Part shown: positions 36,283 through 45,666 of the stretch, piece after piece
Position numbering within the stretch: position 1 is the stretch's first letter
Layout of the letters: every line of letters begins with the position of its first letter
Assembly (NCBI RefSeq): GCF_047600445.1
Contig: NZ_JASGKT010000001.1
Location: 454,853-518,852 of the forward strand
DNA: 64,000 nt
DNA from: Piscinibacter sp.
GTDB lineage: Bacteria; Pseudomonadota; Gammaproteobacteria; Burkholderiales; Burkholderiaceae_C
Reading direction: 5' to 3'
Notes under the pieces: model-generated
The model's input: the letters and a program-made list of their open reading frames with translations, nothing else
Databases searched by the model: none
Told to the model about the DNA's origin: nothing
Made by a program: the position numbers and the translations under genes

Positions 36283-37751
36283 GGGCCCGGCGTCTTGCGG
36301 CCGCGCTGGCCGTGCTGCTGGGCGCCGGCGGCGCGGCGCAGGCCGCCGAGCCCGCGCCCTGCCGCATCGACGGGCTGGCGCGCGAGGTGCTGTGCGGCTC
36401 GGTGGCGCGTCCGCTCGACCCGGCGCGGCCCGAGGGCATCGGCATCGAGGTGCACTACGTCGTCGTGCCGGCGCTGGCGCGGCGCAAGCTGCCCGACCCG
36501 GTGTTTCCGCTCGCCGGCGGCCCCGGCCAGAGCGCGATCGACCTGGCCGGCGCGATGATGGGCGTGTTCGCGCGCCTGAACAACCGCCGCGACATCGTCT
36601 TCGTCGACCAGCGCGGCACCGGCCGCTCGGCGCCGCTCGATTGCGAGGAGCCGGCCGCGCAGCCGCTGGCCGAGTCGGCCGACGTGGGCCGGCAGTTGCA
36701 GAAGCTGCGCGAGTGCCGCGAGCGCCTGCTGCAGCGCCCGCACGTGAAGGAGGCGGCCAGCCTGGGCTTCTACACGACCACGCTGGCGATGCAGGACCTC
36801 GACGCGGTGCGGCAGGCGCTGGGCGCGCGGCGCATCAACCTGGTCGGCGCGTCGTACGGCACGCGCGCCGCGCTGGAGTACCAGCGCCAGTTTCCGCAGG
36901 CGCTGCGGCGCAGCGTGCTCGACGGCGTGGCGCCGCCGGACATGGTGCTGCCGGCCAGCAGCGGCGTCGATGCGCAGGCGGCGCTCGATGCGCTGTTCGC
37001 CGCCTGCCACGCCGAGCCGGCCTGCGAGCGGCGCTGGTCGGCGCTGCGCCAGGACTGGGAGGCGCTGCTCGCCTCGCTGCCGCGCGAGGCGACCGTGGCC
37101 GACCCGCTGACCGGCGCGCCGCAGCGCTTCACGCTGACGCGCGACGTGGTGCTGGCCGTGGTGCGCGCGCCGCTGTACGTGCCGGCGCTGGCCGCCGCGC
37201 TGCCGGCGGCGATCGAGGCGGCCGCGCAGTCGCGCTTCGAGCCGCTGGTGACGCTGGGCGGCGCGCTGTCGCGGCGCGGCGCGCCGGGCATCGCCACCGG
37301 CATGCACTTCTCGGTGATCTGCGCCGAGGACATGCCGCGCCTGGCGCGCGCGAACGCGGCGCCGGCGCGCGACTTCGGCGCCGGCCTCGCGCCGCTGTAC
37401 GAGCAGGCCTGCGCCTTCTGGCCGCGCGGCGCGGTGCCCGAGGCCTTCTACACCGTCGGCCGCTCGGCCACGCCGGTGCTGCTGCTCAGCGGCGGGCTCG
37501 ACCCGGCGACGCCGCCGCGCCACGCCCGGCGCGTGGCCGAGGCGCTGGGCGCGCAGGCGCGCCACGTGATCGTGCCCAACGCCGGCCACGGCCTGCTCGG
37601 CAGCGGCTGCGTGCCCGACCTGCTGTTCCGCTTCATCGACGCGGCCGGCGACGCCGACGCGCTGGCGCTCGACGCCGCCTGCGCCACCACGATGCCGCGC
37701 CCGCCGGCCTTCCTGCCGCCGCAGGCCTTCGCCCGGGAGCCGGCGCGATGA
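36279..37751 (+). CDS. Secreted alpha/beta hydrolase (tripeptidyl-aminopeptidase / TAP-like family)
   Basis: The GTG start overlaps the grx-like stop (GTGA). Signal peptide LAAALAVLLGAGGAAQA, GGPGQS, the nucleophile elbow GASYGT, and C-terminal LLLSGGLDPATP...PNAGHG. Confidence 0.8.
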   Translation: MRARRLAAALAVLLGAGGAAQAAEPAPCRIDGLAREVLCGSVARPLDPARPEGIGIEVHYVVVPALARRKLPDPVFPLAGGPGQSAIDLAGAMMGVFARLNNRRDIVFVDQRGTGRSAPLDCEEPAAQPLAESADVGRQLQKLRECRERLLQRPHVKEAASLGFYTTTLAMQDLDAVRQALGARRINLVGASYGTRAALEYQRQFPQALRRSVLDGVAPPDMVLPASSGVDAQAALDALFAACHAEPACERRWSALRQDWEALLASLPREATVADPLTGAPQRFTLTRDVVLAVVRAPLYVPALAAALPAAIEAAAQSRFEPLVTLGGALSRRGAPGIATGMHFSVICAEDMPRLARANAAPARDFGAGLAPLYEQACAFWPRGAVPEAFYTVGRSATPVLLLSGGLDPATPPRHARRVAEALGAQARHVIVPNAGHGLLGSGCVPDLLFRFIDAAGDADALALDAACATTMPRPPAFLPPQAFAREPAR

Positions 37752-38527
37752 TCCGCGTGGCCGGCCTGAGCAAGTGTTTCGCGGCGCCGCGCGGCACGCC
37801 CTTGGGCGCGCGCGCCGCGCCGGTGCAGGCGGTGCGCGACGTGAGTTTCGTCGCCGCCGACGGCCGCATCACCGGGCTGCTCGGCCCCAACGGCGCGGGC
37901 AAGACCACGACGCTGCGCATGCTCGCCGGGCTGATCGCGCCCGACGCCGGCACGCTGGAGGTCGACGGCATCGCGGTGGCGCAGCGCCCGCGCGAGGCGC
38001 TGGCGCGCATGGGCGTGCTCAGCGACGCGCGCGGCCTCTACCCGCGCCTGACGGCGCGCGAGAACATCCTCTACTTCGCCGCGCTGCAAGGCATGGCGCG
38101 CGACGAGGCGGCCGCGCGCGCCGAGGCGCTGGCGCAGATGCTGGAGTGCACGCAGTTGCTGGGCCGCCGTACCGAGGGTTTCAGCCAGGGCGAGCGCATG
38201 AAGGTGGCGCTGGCGCGCGCGCTGGTGCACGACCCGGCGCACATCGTGCTCGACGAGCCGACCAACGGCCTGGACGTGGTCGCCACGCGCGCGCTGCGCG
38301 AGACGCTGCAATGGCTCGCCTCGCCGGCCGGCGGCGGCAAGTGCATCGTCTTCTCGACGCACATCATGCAGGAGGTCGAGCGGCTGTGCGACGAGGTGGT
38401 CGTGATCGCGCGCGGCCGCACCGTCGCGCAGGGCACGGTGCCCGAGCTGCTGGCGCGCTGCGCGACGCGCGACTTCGAGGAGGCCTTCGTGCGCCTGGCT
38501 TACGCGGACGACGAGGTGCCGGCATGA
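37748..38527 (+). CDS. ABC transporter ATP-binding protein (NatA/ABC-2 type)
   Basis: Walker A GPNGAGKTT, signature FSQGERMK, Walker B IVLDEPTNGLD. There is an ATGA overlap with the upstream gene. Confidence 0.92.
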   Translation: MIRVAGLSKCFAAPRGTPLGARAAPVQAVRDVSFVAADGRITGLLGPNGAGKTTTLRMLAGLIAPDAGTLEVDGIAVAQRPREALARMGVLSDARGLYPRLTARENILYFAALQGMARDEAAARAEALAQMLECTQLLGRRTEGFSQGERMKVALARALVHDPAHIVLDEPTNGLDVVATRALRETLQWLASPAGGGKCIVFSTHIMQEVERLCDEVVVIARGRTVAQGTVPELLARCATRDFEEAFVRLAYADDEVPA

Positions 38528-39687
38528 GCGGCGCGTGGACGGTGTTCGGGAAAGAGCTGCTCGATGCGCTGCGCGACCGCCGCACGCTGGCGGTGGTGCT
38601 GCTGTCCAGCGTGTTGATGGGGCCGCTGGTGCTGGTGGCGCTGTCGGGCCTGGTGGCCTCGTTCGAGGCGCGCGCCGAGCGGCGCGAGCTGGTGCTTTCG
38701 GGCGCCGAGCACGCGCCCACGCTCACCAACTACCTCGCGCGCCAGGGTTTCACGATCAAGCCGGCGCCGCCCGAGCACGAGGCGCAGTTGCGCCGCGCCG
38801 AGCTGGGCGACCCGGTGCTGGTGGTGCCGGACGGCTTCGAGGCGGCGCTGGCGCGCGGCGAGGCGCCGCGCCTGCGGCTGGTGAGCGACAGCGCCAACAA
38901 GCGCGCCAGCGCCGGCGTGTGGCGCGTGCAGCAACTGGTGGCGGGCTTCAACCGCGAGCGCGCCACGCTGGCGCTGGCGCTGCGCGGCGTGTCCACCGAG
39001 CTGACCGAGGCGGTGCGGCTCGACGAGCGCGACCTCGCCAACCCGCAGACGCGCGGCACGCAGCTCACCGGCATGCTGCCCTTCTTCGTGCTGATGGCGG
39101 TGCTGTACGGCGCGCTGCACGCGGCGCTGGACACCACCGCCGGCGAGCGCGAGCGCGGCTCGCTGGAGCCGCTGCTGATGAACCCTGCCGCGCCGCTGGC
39201 GCTGGTGCTGGGCAAGTGGGCGGCGGTGTCGGCGGTGGCGCTGCTGATCGCGGTGCTGTCGTGTTTCAGCTTCATCCCCGCGCAATGGCTGCTGCGCGGC
39301 GATTCGCTGGCGGCGCTGTTCCAGTTCGGCGTGCGCGAGGCGCTGTGGTTCATCGCGGTGATCGCGCCCTTCGCGGCGGCGTTGGCCGCGCTGCTGATGG
39401 CGGTGGCGATCCGCTGCAAGAGCGTCAAGGAGGCGCAGGCCAGCACCGCGCTGGTGGTGCTGGCCTGCTCGCTGCTGCCGCTGGTGGGCCTGCTCAACCC
39501 GGGCGCCGAGGAGCGCTGGCACTTCTGGGTGCCGGCGCTGGCGCAGAACACGTTGATGACGCGCGTGCTCAAGGGCGAGGCGCTCGGCACCGAGGCGCTG
39601 CTGGCCTCGCTGCTGGTGTGCGCGGCGCTGGCGCTGCTGGGCGTGGGCTTCGTCGCCGGCGTGCTGCGCCGCGCGGCGGTGCGCTGA
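38524..39687 (+). CDS. ABC-2 type permease (NatB-like)
   Basis: 387 aa. The N-terminal TM segment is followed by a large extracytoplasmic loop and a C-terminal bundle of about 5 TM segments (ERERGSLEPLLMNP motif). There is an ATGA overlap with the ATPase gene. Confidence 0.85.
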   Translation: MSGAWTVFGKELLDALRDRRTLAVVLLSSVLMGPLVLVALSGLVASFEARAERRELVLSGAEHAPTLTNYLARQGFTIKPAPPEHEAQLRRAELGDPVLVVPDGFEAALARGEAPRLRLVSDSANKRASAGVWRVQQLVAGFNRERATLALALRGVSTELTEAVRLDERDLANPQTRGTQLTGMLPFFVLMAVLYGALHAALDTTAGERERGSLEPLLMNPAAPLALVLGKWAAVSAVALLIAVLSCFSFIPAQWLLRGDSLAALFQFGVREALWFIAVIAPFAAALAALLMAVAIRCKSVKEAQASTALVVLACSLLPLVGLLNPGAEERWHFWVPALAQNTLMTRVLKGEALGTEALLASLLVCAALALLGVGFVAGVLRRAAVR

Positions 39688-39710
39688 AGCGGCGCTGGCA
39701 TCATCGCCGC

Positions 39711-40202
39711 ATGGCCGATTCCAACCCTTCCGAGATCCATTGGCGCTGCAGCGCCTTCGAGCGCCTGAGCGTCGCCGAGCTGGACGCGATCTACCGCGCG
39801 CGCCAGCAGGTCTTCGTCGTCGAACAGAACTGCCCGTACCTCGACGCCGACGGCGTCGACCCGAGTTGCTGGCACCTTGCCGCGTGGCCGGCCGCGTCGA
39901 CGGCATCACCCGGCGAGCCGCTGGCCTATGCGCGCCTGGTGGCGCCGGGCGTGAAGTACGCCGAGGCCTCGATCGGGCGCGTGATCACCAGCGCGGCCGC
40001 GCGCGGCACCGGGCTGGGCCGCGAACTGGTGCGCCGCGCGGTGGCCGAGGCCGAGGCGCTGTTCCCCGGCGGCGGCCTGCGCATCTCCGCGCAGGCGCAC
40101 CTCGCGCGCTTCTACGGCGGCTTCGGCTTCGCCAGCGTCGGCGAGGAATACCTGGAAGACAACATCCCGCACATCGAGATGCTGCGGCCGCCGGGGCGCT
40201 AA
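39711..40202 (+). CDS. GNAT acetyltransferase, ElaA-like
   Basis: L.ELDAIYRARQQVFVVEQNCPYLDADG.D...WHL and RGTGLGRELVRRA are ElaA-type motifs. Confidence 0.85.
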   Translation: MADSNPSEIHWRCSAFERLSVAELDAIYRARQQVFVVEQNCPYLDADGVDPSCWHLAAWPAASTASPGEPLAYARLVAPGVKYAEASIGRVITSAAARGTGLGRELVRRAVAEAEALFPGGGLRISAQAHLARFYGGFGFASVGEEYLEDNIPHIEMLRPPGR

Positions 40203-40390
40203 CGCTTCATCGGGCAGGTGTTGATGCCGAGCATCGTGTAGGCCGGGCACCAGCCGAGCGCTCCGGTGACCAGCGGCACGATGCCGATCCAGCCCCACAT
40301 TCCCACCGTGCCGGTGGCGGCCAGGCCGATCAGCACGAGGCCGGCGATGATGCGCAGCGCGCGGTCCAGGGTTCCTGCGTTGGTTTTCAT
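40199..40390 (-). CDS. DUF2892 (YgaP-like) small membrane protein, second copy
   Basis: 63 aa. LDRALRIIAGLVLIGLA...TGALGWCPAY is the DUF2892 signature. Confidence 0.75.
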   Translation of the reverse strand: MKTNAGTLDRALRIIAGLVLIGLAATGTVGMWGWIGIVPLVTGALGWCPAYTMLGINTCPMKR

Positions 40391-40470
40391 GGTGTCTGCT
40401 CCTGAGATCCGGCGCTCCAGGGGATACGGGCCGGGGTAGGCGCAGTGTGCGGCGCGCCGCGGCGCCGGTC

Positions 40471-40486
40471 TGTGACCGCGGTCACA
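40471..40486. promoter_or_regulatory. Perfect CRP-type palindrome TGTGA-CCGCGG-TCACA
   Basis: Exact match to TGTGA-N6-TCACA. It overlaps the stop codon of the Crp/Fnr-family gene and is centred about 88 nt upstream of the DUF2892 ATG. Confidence 0.6.
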
Positions 40487-41180
40487 CAGCCGGAAGCTCG
40501 CCCGCCTCGCCAGCAGCCAGGCGGCGCAGCGCCGCGGCGTCCTTCAGCTCGATGCGCTCGCGGCCCAGCGCCAACCAGCCGGCGCGCTCGAAGCGGCGCA
40601 GCAGCCGCGTCACCATCTCGCGCACCGTGCCCAGCTCGTCGGCCAGCGCCTGGTGGCTGGTTTGCAGCACCTCGCCGTGGCCGAGCAGCGCGGCGGCCAG
40701 GCGCCGGTCGAGGCGCTGGAAGGCCACCGCCTCGGCCAGCTCCATCAGCTCGGCGAGCCGGTCGGCGAACACGCCGAAGACGAAGCGGCGGAACGGCTCG
40801 TGCGCGCAGCAGGCGTCCAGCGCTGCCGGCGACAGCACGGCCAGCCGCGTGGGCGCGGTGGTCTGGCCGTGCGCGCTGAGCAGATGGTGGCCGAACAGGC
40901 AGGAGGCCGAGACCACGCACAGCTCGCCGGGGCCGACGCGGTACAGCTCCAGCGAGCGCCCCTGCGCCGAGCCGCGCGCGACGCGCACCTCGCCGGCCAG
41001 CAGCAACGGGAAACCCTGGCAGGGCGACTGCTCCTCGAACACCGTGGCGGCGGCGGGCACGCTCAGCCACGCCGTCTGCCGCGTCAGCACCGTGTCGTGC
41101 AGCGCGGGCGGCAGCGCGGCCAGCGCAGGGTACAGGGCATCGAGCTGCTGGATCTCGGCGGCGGACGGTGGGGTGTTCAT
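40482..41180 (-). CDS. Crp/Fnr-family transcriptional regulator (cNMP-binding domain plus HTH)
   Basis: Start taken at MNTPPSAAE. Beta-roll: FPLLLAGEVRV......ELYRVGPGELC. C-terminal HTH: TSHQALADELGTVREMVTRLLRRFERAGW. No N-terminal Fnr Cys cluster is seen. Confidence 0.85.
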   Translation of the reverse strand: MNTPPSAAEIQQLDALYPALAALPPALHDTVLTRQTAWLSVPAAATVFEEQSPCQGFPLLLAGEVRVARGSAQGRSLELYRVGPGELCVVSASCLFGHHLLSAHGQTTAPTRLAVLSPAALDACCAHEPFRRFVFGVFADRLAELMELAEAVAFQRLDRRLAAALLGHGEVLQTSHQALADELGTVREMVTRLLRRFERAGWLALGRERIELKDAAALRRLAAGEAGELPAV

Positions 41181-41324
41181 TGCGGAAGGCACGATAGCCG
41201 ATCGCTCCCTACAATCTCGACCTGCTGAAAAATCAGGCAATCAGGATGACACCCCCCAGCTCACGTCGTTCGCTGCCCCCCGAGGGGGCGCTCAGTGGCT
41301 TCGGAACGGCCGGGCGCCACTGAG

Positions 41325-43304
41325 ATGCTGTTCCCCCAGGAATTCGACGTGATCGTCGTCGGCGGCGGCCATGCCGGCACCGAGGCGGCGCTGGCGGCCG
41401 CCCGCATGGGCGCGGCCACGCTGCTGCTGACGCACAACATCGAGACCCTCGGCCAGATGAGCTGCAACCCGTCGATCGGCGGCATCGGCAAGGGGCATCT
41501 GGTCAAGGAGGTCGATGCGCTGGGCGGCGCGATGGCGCTGGCCACCGACGAGGCCGGCATCCAGTTCCGCATGCTCAACGGCTCCAAGGGCCCGGCGGTG
41601 CGGGCGACGCGCGCGCAGGCCGACCGCCTGCTCTACAAGGCCGCGATCCGCCGCCGGGTAGAGAACCAGCCGAATCTGTGGCTGTTCCAGGGCGCCTGCG
41701 ACGACCTGGTCCTGCAAGGCGACCGCGTTGCCGGCGTCGTCACGCAAGTGGGCGTCCGCTTCGTGGCGCGGGCCGTGGTGCTGACGGCCGGCACCTTTCT
41801 CGACGGACGCATCCACGTCGGCCTGCAGAACCACTCGGCCGGCCGCGCCGGCGATCCGCCGGCGATTTCGCTCTCGTCCCGGCTCAAGGAACTGAAGCTG
41901 CCGCAGGGCCGGCTCAAGACCGGCACGCCGCCGCGCCTGGACGGCCGTTCGATCGACTTCACCCGCCTGACCGAGCAGCCCGGCGACGGCATGCCGGGTT
42001 CCGATGCACCCATGCCGGTGTTCAGCTTCGTCGGCGACACGGTGATGCACCCGCGCCAGCTCCCCTGCTGGATCACCCACACCAACGAGCGCACGCACGA
42101 AATCATCCGCTCCGGCTTCGACCGCAGCCCGATGTTCACCGGCGTGATCGAAGGCGTGGGCCCACGCTACTGCCCGAGCATCGAAGACAAGATCAACCGC
42201 TTCGCCGACAAGACGAGCCACCAGATCTTCCTCGAACCCGAGGGGCTGACGACGCACGAGTTCTATCCGAACGGCATCTCGACCTCGCTGCCCTTCGACG
42301 TCCAGATCGCCGCGGTGCGCTCGATGGACGGGCTGGAGAACGCGCACATCCTGCGCCCCGGGTATGCGATCGAGTACGACTACTTCGACCCGCGCGAGCT
42401 GACAGCGAGCTTCGAGACGCGCGCGATCGGCGGGCTGTTCTTCGCCGGCCAGATCAACGGCACCACCGGCTACGAAGAGGCGGCGGCGCAAGGCCTGTTC
42501 GCCGGCCTGAACGCGGCGCTGCAAGTGCGCGGCGAGCCGGCCTGGCTGCCGCGGCGCGACCAGGCCTACCTCGGCGTGCTGGTCGACGACCTGATCACCA
42601 AGGGCGTGACCGAGCCCTACCGCATGTTCACCAGCCGCGCCGAGTTCCGGCTGCAACTGCGCGAGGACAACGCCGACCTGCGCCTGACCGATGAAGGCCG
42701 GCGCCTGGGCCTGGTGGACGATGCGCGCTGGGCGGCGTTCAGCCGCAAGCGCGACGCGCTGGCGCGCGAGAGCGAGAAGCTGAAATCGACCTGGGTGCAC
42801 CCCGGGCTGGTGACGGCGGCCGACGCCGAACGGCTGATCGGCAAGGCGCTGGAGCACGAATACAGCCTGGCTGAACTGCTGCGCCGGCCCGGCGTGGCCT
42901 TCGATCAAGTGGCGGAACTGGCCGCGATCACCAAGCCCGAAGCCGGCGTTTCACGTGAAACGCTGCGCGCCGAGCTGGGCGAGCGCCTGGCCGACGCGGT
43001 GATCGAGCAGGTGCAGATCGCCATCAAATACGCCGGCTACATCGACAAGCAGAACGAAGAGGTCGAGCGCGCCGCGGCCTACGAGAACCTGAAGCTGCCC
43101 GCCGAGCTGGACTATGCGCAGGTGACCGCCCTGTCCTTCGAGGTGCGCCAGAAGCTGGCGCGCCACAAGCCGCAGACGCTGGGCCAGGCCTCGCGCATCT
43201 CGGGCGTGACGCCGGCGGCGATCTCGCTGTTGCTGGTGCATCTGCGCAAGGGCCGCTTCAAGGGCTTCGCCGCGAACACCGAATCGGTCGACGATGCGGC
43301 CTGA
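41325..43304 (+). CDS. mnmG: tRNA uridine-5-carboxymethylaminomethyl modification enzyme MnmG (GidA)
   Basis: [29 protein letters not shown]...[23 protein letters not shown] is canonical GidA. Confidence 0.97.
   Translation: MLFPQEFDVIVVGGGHAGTEAALAAARMGAATLLLTHNIETLGQMSCNPSIGGIGKGHLVKEVDALGGAMALATDEAGIQFRMLNGSKGPAVRATRAQADRLLYKAAIRRRVENQPNLWLFQGACDDLVLQGDRVAGVVTQVGVRFVARAVVLTAGTFLDGRIHVGLQNHSAGRAGDPPAISLSSRLKELKLPQGRLKTGTPPRLDGRSIDFTRLTEQPGDGMPGSDAPMPVFSFVGDTVMHPRQLPCWITHTNERTHEIIRSGFDRSPMFTGVIEGVGPRYCPSIEDKINRFADKTSHQIFLEPEGLTTHEFYPNGISTSLPFDVQIAAVRSMDGLENAHILRPGYAIEYDYFDPRELTASFETRAIGGLFFAGQINGTTGYEEAAAQGLFAGLNAALQVRGEPAWLPRRDQAYLGVLVDDLITKGVTEPYRMFTSRAEFRLQLREDNADLRLTDEGRRLGLVDDARWAAFSRKRDALARESEKLKSTWVHPGLVTAADAERLIGKALEHEYSLAELLRRPGVAFDQVAELAAITKPEAGVSRETLRAELGERLADAVIEQVQIAIKYAGYIDKQNEEVERAAAYENLKLPAELDYAQVTALSFEVRQKLARHKPQTLGQASRISGVTPAAISLLLVHLRKGRFKGFAANTESVDDAA
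42948..42961. other. parS centromere-like site GTTTCACGTGAAAC (perfect palindrome) inside mnmG
   Basis: Matches the core of the chromosomal parS consensus tGTTTCACGTGAAACa. It lies about 4.3 kb upstream of parB. Confidence 0.75.
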
Positions 43305-43974
43305 GGCCTCGGCGCTCGGCCCGGCGCTCGGCCCGGCGCTGGCCGGCGTCTGCGAATCGCTGGGCCTGGCGGTCGACGCGGCCACGCAGGCCAGGCTGCT
43401 CGCCTACCTCGCGCTGCTGCAACGCTGGAACGCCACCTACAACCTGACCGCGGTGCGCGAGCCGGCCGAGATGCTGACCCAGCACCTGGCCGATTGCCTT
43501 GCGGTGGTCGGCCCGCTGCGCCGGCAGCTCGGCAGCAGTGCGGCGTGCCGCATCCTCGACGTCGGCAGCGGCGGCGGCCTGCCCGGCGTGGTGCTGGCCG
43601 CGCTGGAGCCGGCGTGGTCGGTGACGTGCGTCGATGCCGTGGGCAAGAAGGCCGCGTTCATCCGGCAGGCGGCGGTCGAACTGGGCTTGCGCAACCTGAG
43701 CGCCGAGCATGCGCGTGTCGAGTCGCTGAAAGCCGGCGGCTTCGACCTGATCGTCTCGCGCGCTTTTGCCTCGCTGGCCGACTTCGTGACGCTCACCCGG
43801 CCGTTGCTGGCGCCCACGGGCGTCTGGGCGGCGATGAAAGGCAAGACGCCGACGGCCGAACTGGTCGAACTGGACGCCCTGCCCGCCGGGATCGACGTGT
43901 TTCACGTGGAACCGATCACCGTACCCGGCCTGGACGCCGAGCGCTGCATCGTCTGGATGCGCCAACAGGCCTAG
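43294..43974 (+). CDS. rsmG: 16S rRNA (guanine527-N7)-methyltransferase RsmG (GidB)
   Basis: [13 protein letters not shown]...HL.D.L and the SAM motif [12 protein letters not shown]. It follows mnmG with an 11-nt overlap. Confidence 0.93.
   Translation: MRPEASALGPALGPALAGVCESLGLAVDAATQARLLAYLALLQRWNATYNLTAVREPAEMLTQHLADCLAVVGPLRRQLGSSAACRILDVGSGGGLPGVVLAALEPAWSVTCVDAVGKKAAFIRQAAVELGLRNLSAEHARVESLKAGGFDLIVSRAFASLADFVTLTRPLLAPTGVWAAMKGKTPTAELVELDALPAGIDVFHVEPITVPGLDAERCIVWMRQQA
43898..43913. other. parS-like site TGTTTCACGTGGAACC (14/16 to consensus) inside rsmG
   Basis: The left half-site is perfect. The right half-site has two mismatches. Confidence 0.55.
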
Positions 43975-44073
43975 GCGCCCGGCCCCGGGCTGGTACATTC
44001 CTGAGTCGCGCCGCAGGGTATCCGCGGCGCGCCGTTCCTGGGCCCCGGCCCGCATTTCCCCCTCGCGAGTCAC

Positions 44074-44847
44074 ATGGCCCGAATCTTCTGCATCGCCAAC
44101 CAGAAAGGCGGCGTCGGCAAGACCACCACCACCGTCAATCTGGCCGCCGGGCTGGCGCGCATCGGCCAGCGCGTGCTGGTGGTCGACCTCGATCCTCAGG
44201 GCAATGCCACGATGGGCTCGGGCGTCGACAAGCGCGCGCTGGAGCTGTCGGTCTACGACGTGCTGCTCGAAAGCGCCGGCATCGCCGAAGCGCGCCGCCG
44301 CAGCGAGAAAGCCGGGTTCGACGTGCTGGGCGCCAACCGCGAGCTGGCCGGCGCCGAGGTCGAGCTGGTCGAGCTGGAGCGCCGCGACAAGCGGTTGAAA
44401 GCCGCGCTGGCCGCCGTCGATGCCGAGTACGACTTCGTGCTGATCGACTGCCCGCCTTCGCTGAGCCTGCTGACGCTCAACGGCCTGTGCGCCGCGCACG
44501 GCGTGGTGGTGCCGATGCAGTGCGAGTACTTCGCGCTCGAAGGGCTGTCGGACCTGGTCAACACCATCAAGCAGGTGCACGCCAACCTGAACCCCGACCT
44601 GCAGATCATCGGCCTGCTGCGCGTGATGTTCGATCCGCGCATCACGCTGCAGCAGCAGGTCAGCGAGCAGCTCAAGGCGCATTTCGGCGACAAGGTCTTC
44701 GACACCGTGATTCCGCGCAACGTGCGCCTGGCCGAAGCGCCCAGCTACGGGCTGCCGGGCGTGGTGTTCGACCCCTCCTCGCGCGGCGCGGTCGCTTTCG
44801 TCGAGTTCGCCAACGAGATGGTGCGGCGCATCGAGGGCATGCGCTGA
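44074..44847 (+). CDS. parA: Chromosome partitioning ATPase ParA (Soj)
   Basis: The deviant Walker A motif IANQKGGVGKTTT, and DCPPSL. Confidence 0.96.
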   Translation: MARIFCIANQKGGVGKTTTTVNLAAGLARIGQRVLVVDLDPQGNATMGSGVDKRALELSVYDVLLESAGIAEARRRSEKAGFDVLGANRELAGAEVELVELERRDKRLKAALAAVDAEYDFVLIDCPPSLSLLTLNGLCAAHGVVVPMQCEYFALEGLSDLVNTIKQVHANLNPDLQIIGLLRVMFDPRITLQQQVSEQLKAHFGDKVFDTVIPRNVRLAEAPSYGLPGVVFDPSSRGAVAFVEFANEMVRRIEGMR

Positions 44848-44866
44848 CCGCCCGGGGCCGACGCCG

Positions 44867-45662
44867 ATGCGCATGAACCCGGTCATCGCGCGCAGCTTCG
44901 ACCCCTGTCTGCTGTCGCGCGTCGAAGACGCCGGCCTGAACGCCAGCGCCCCGCCGCAGCAGCGCTGGGTCGACGGGTGGCTGCTGCGCTTCTCGCCAGG
45001 CAAGGCCAAGCGCGCGCGCTGCATCAACGCGGTGGCGCCCGGGCGCATGCCGGCGGCGCACAAGCTGGCGCTGTGCGAGCCGGTGTATGCGCAGGCCGGG
45101 CTGCCGCTGATCATGCGCATCACGCCCTTCAGCGAACCCGCCGGGCTGGACGCGACGCTCGAAGCGATGGGTCTGCAGCGCTTGGCCGACACCCGCGTGA
45201 TGGTGCTGGACGATGTGGCCAACATCGTGCCGCCCAGCCTGCCGGCGAACCTCGTCATCCAGCCGGTCGGGCTGGAGGCGTTTGCCCAGCGGGTCGGCGC
45301 GCTGCGCGGCTCGCCGCTGGCGCAGAGGCTCGCGCACGGCCAGCGGCTGGCGCAGTCGCCGGTGCCCTTTCATGCTTATGAAATGCGGCTGGACGGCGAA
45401 GTGGTCGCTTGCGGACAGTATGCGCAGGAGGCCGATCTGGTCGGGCTGTACGACATCTTCACCGCCGAATCGGCGCGCGGCCGGGGTTATGCCGAGCCGC
45501 TTGTGCGCCCGGATGCTGACCGAAGCGCACCAACACGGTGCGAAGCATGCCTACTTGCAGGTCGACAGCGACAACCACGCCGCGCGGGCCATCTACCACC
45601 GGCTCGGCTTCGCCGACGCCTACGCCTACCACTACCGGGCGCGCGACCCCGTAGCGGCCTGA
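44867..45662 (+). pseudogene. GNAT N-acetyltransferase interrupted by a +1 frameshift near 45494 (or a sequencing error)
   Basis: Frame A reads ...LYDIFTAESARGRGYA then becomes nonsense antisense to argC. Frame B (the 45213..45662 ORF) continues ...SRLCARMLTEAHQHGAKHAYLQVDSDNHAARAIYHRLGF.... The junction is ggt tat gcc G agc cgc. Joining the frames restores GNAT motifs A and B. Confidence 0.6.
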
Positions 45663-45666
45663 GCGC

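Noticed and set aside
41181-41324. The mnmG upstream region as a candidate oriC
   Set aside because: No DnaA boxes or AT-rich repeats are seen, only G/C hairpins (CCCCC-cga-GGGGG; CTCAGTGGC...GCCACTGAG). It is probably just the mnmG leader and the divergent promoter region.
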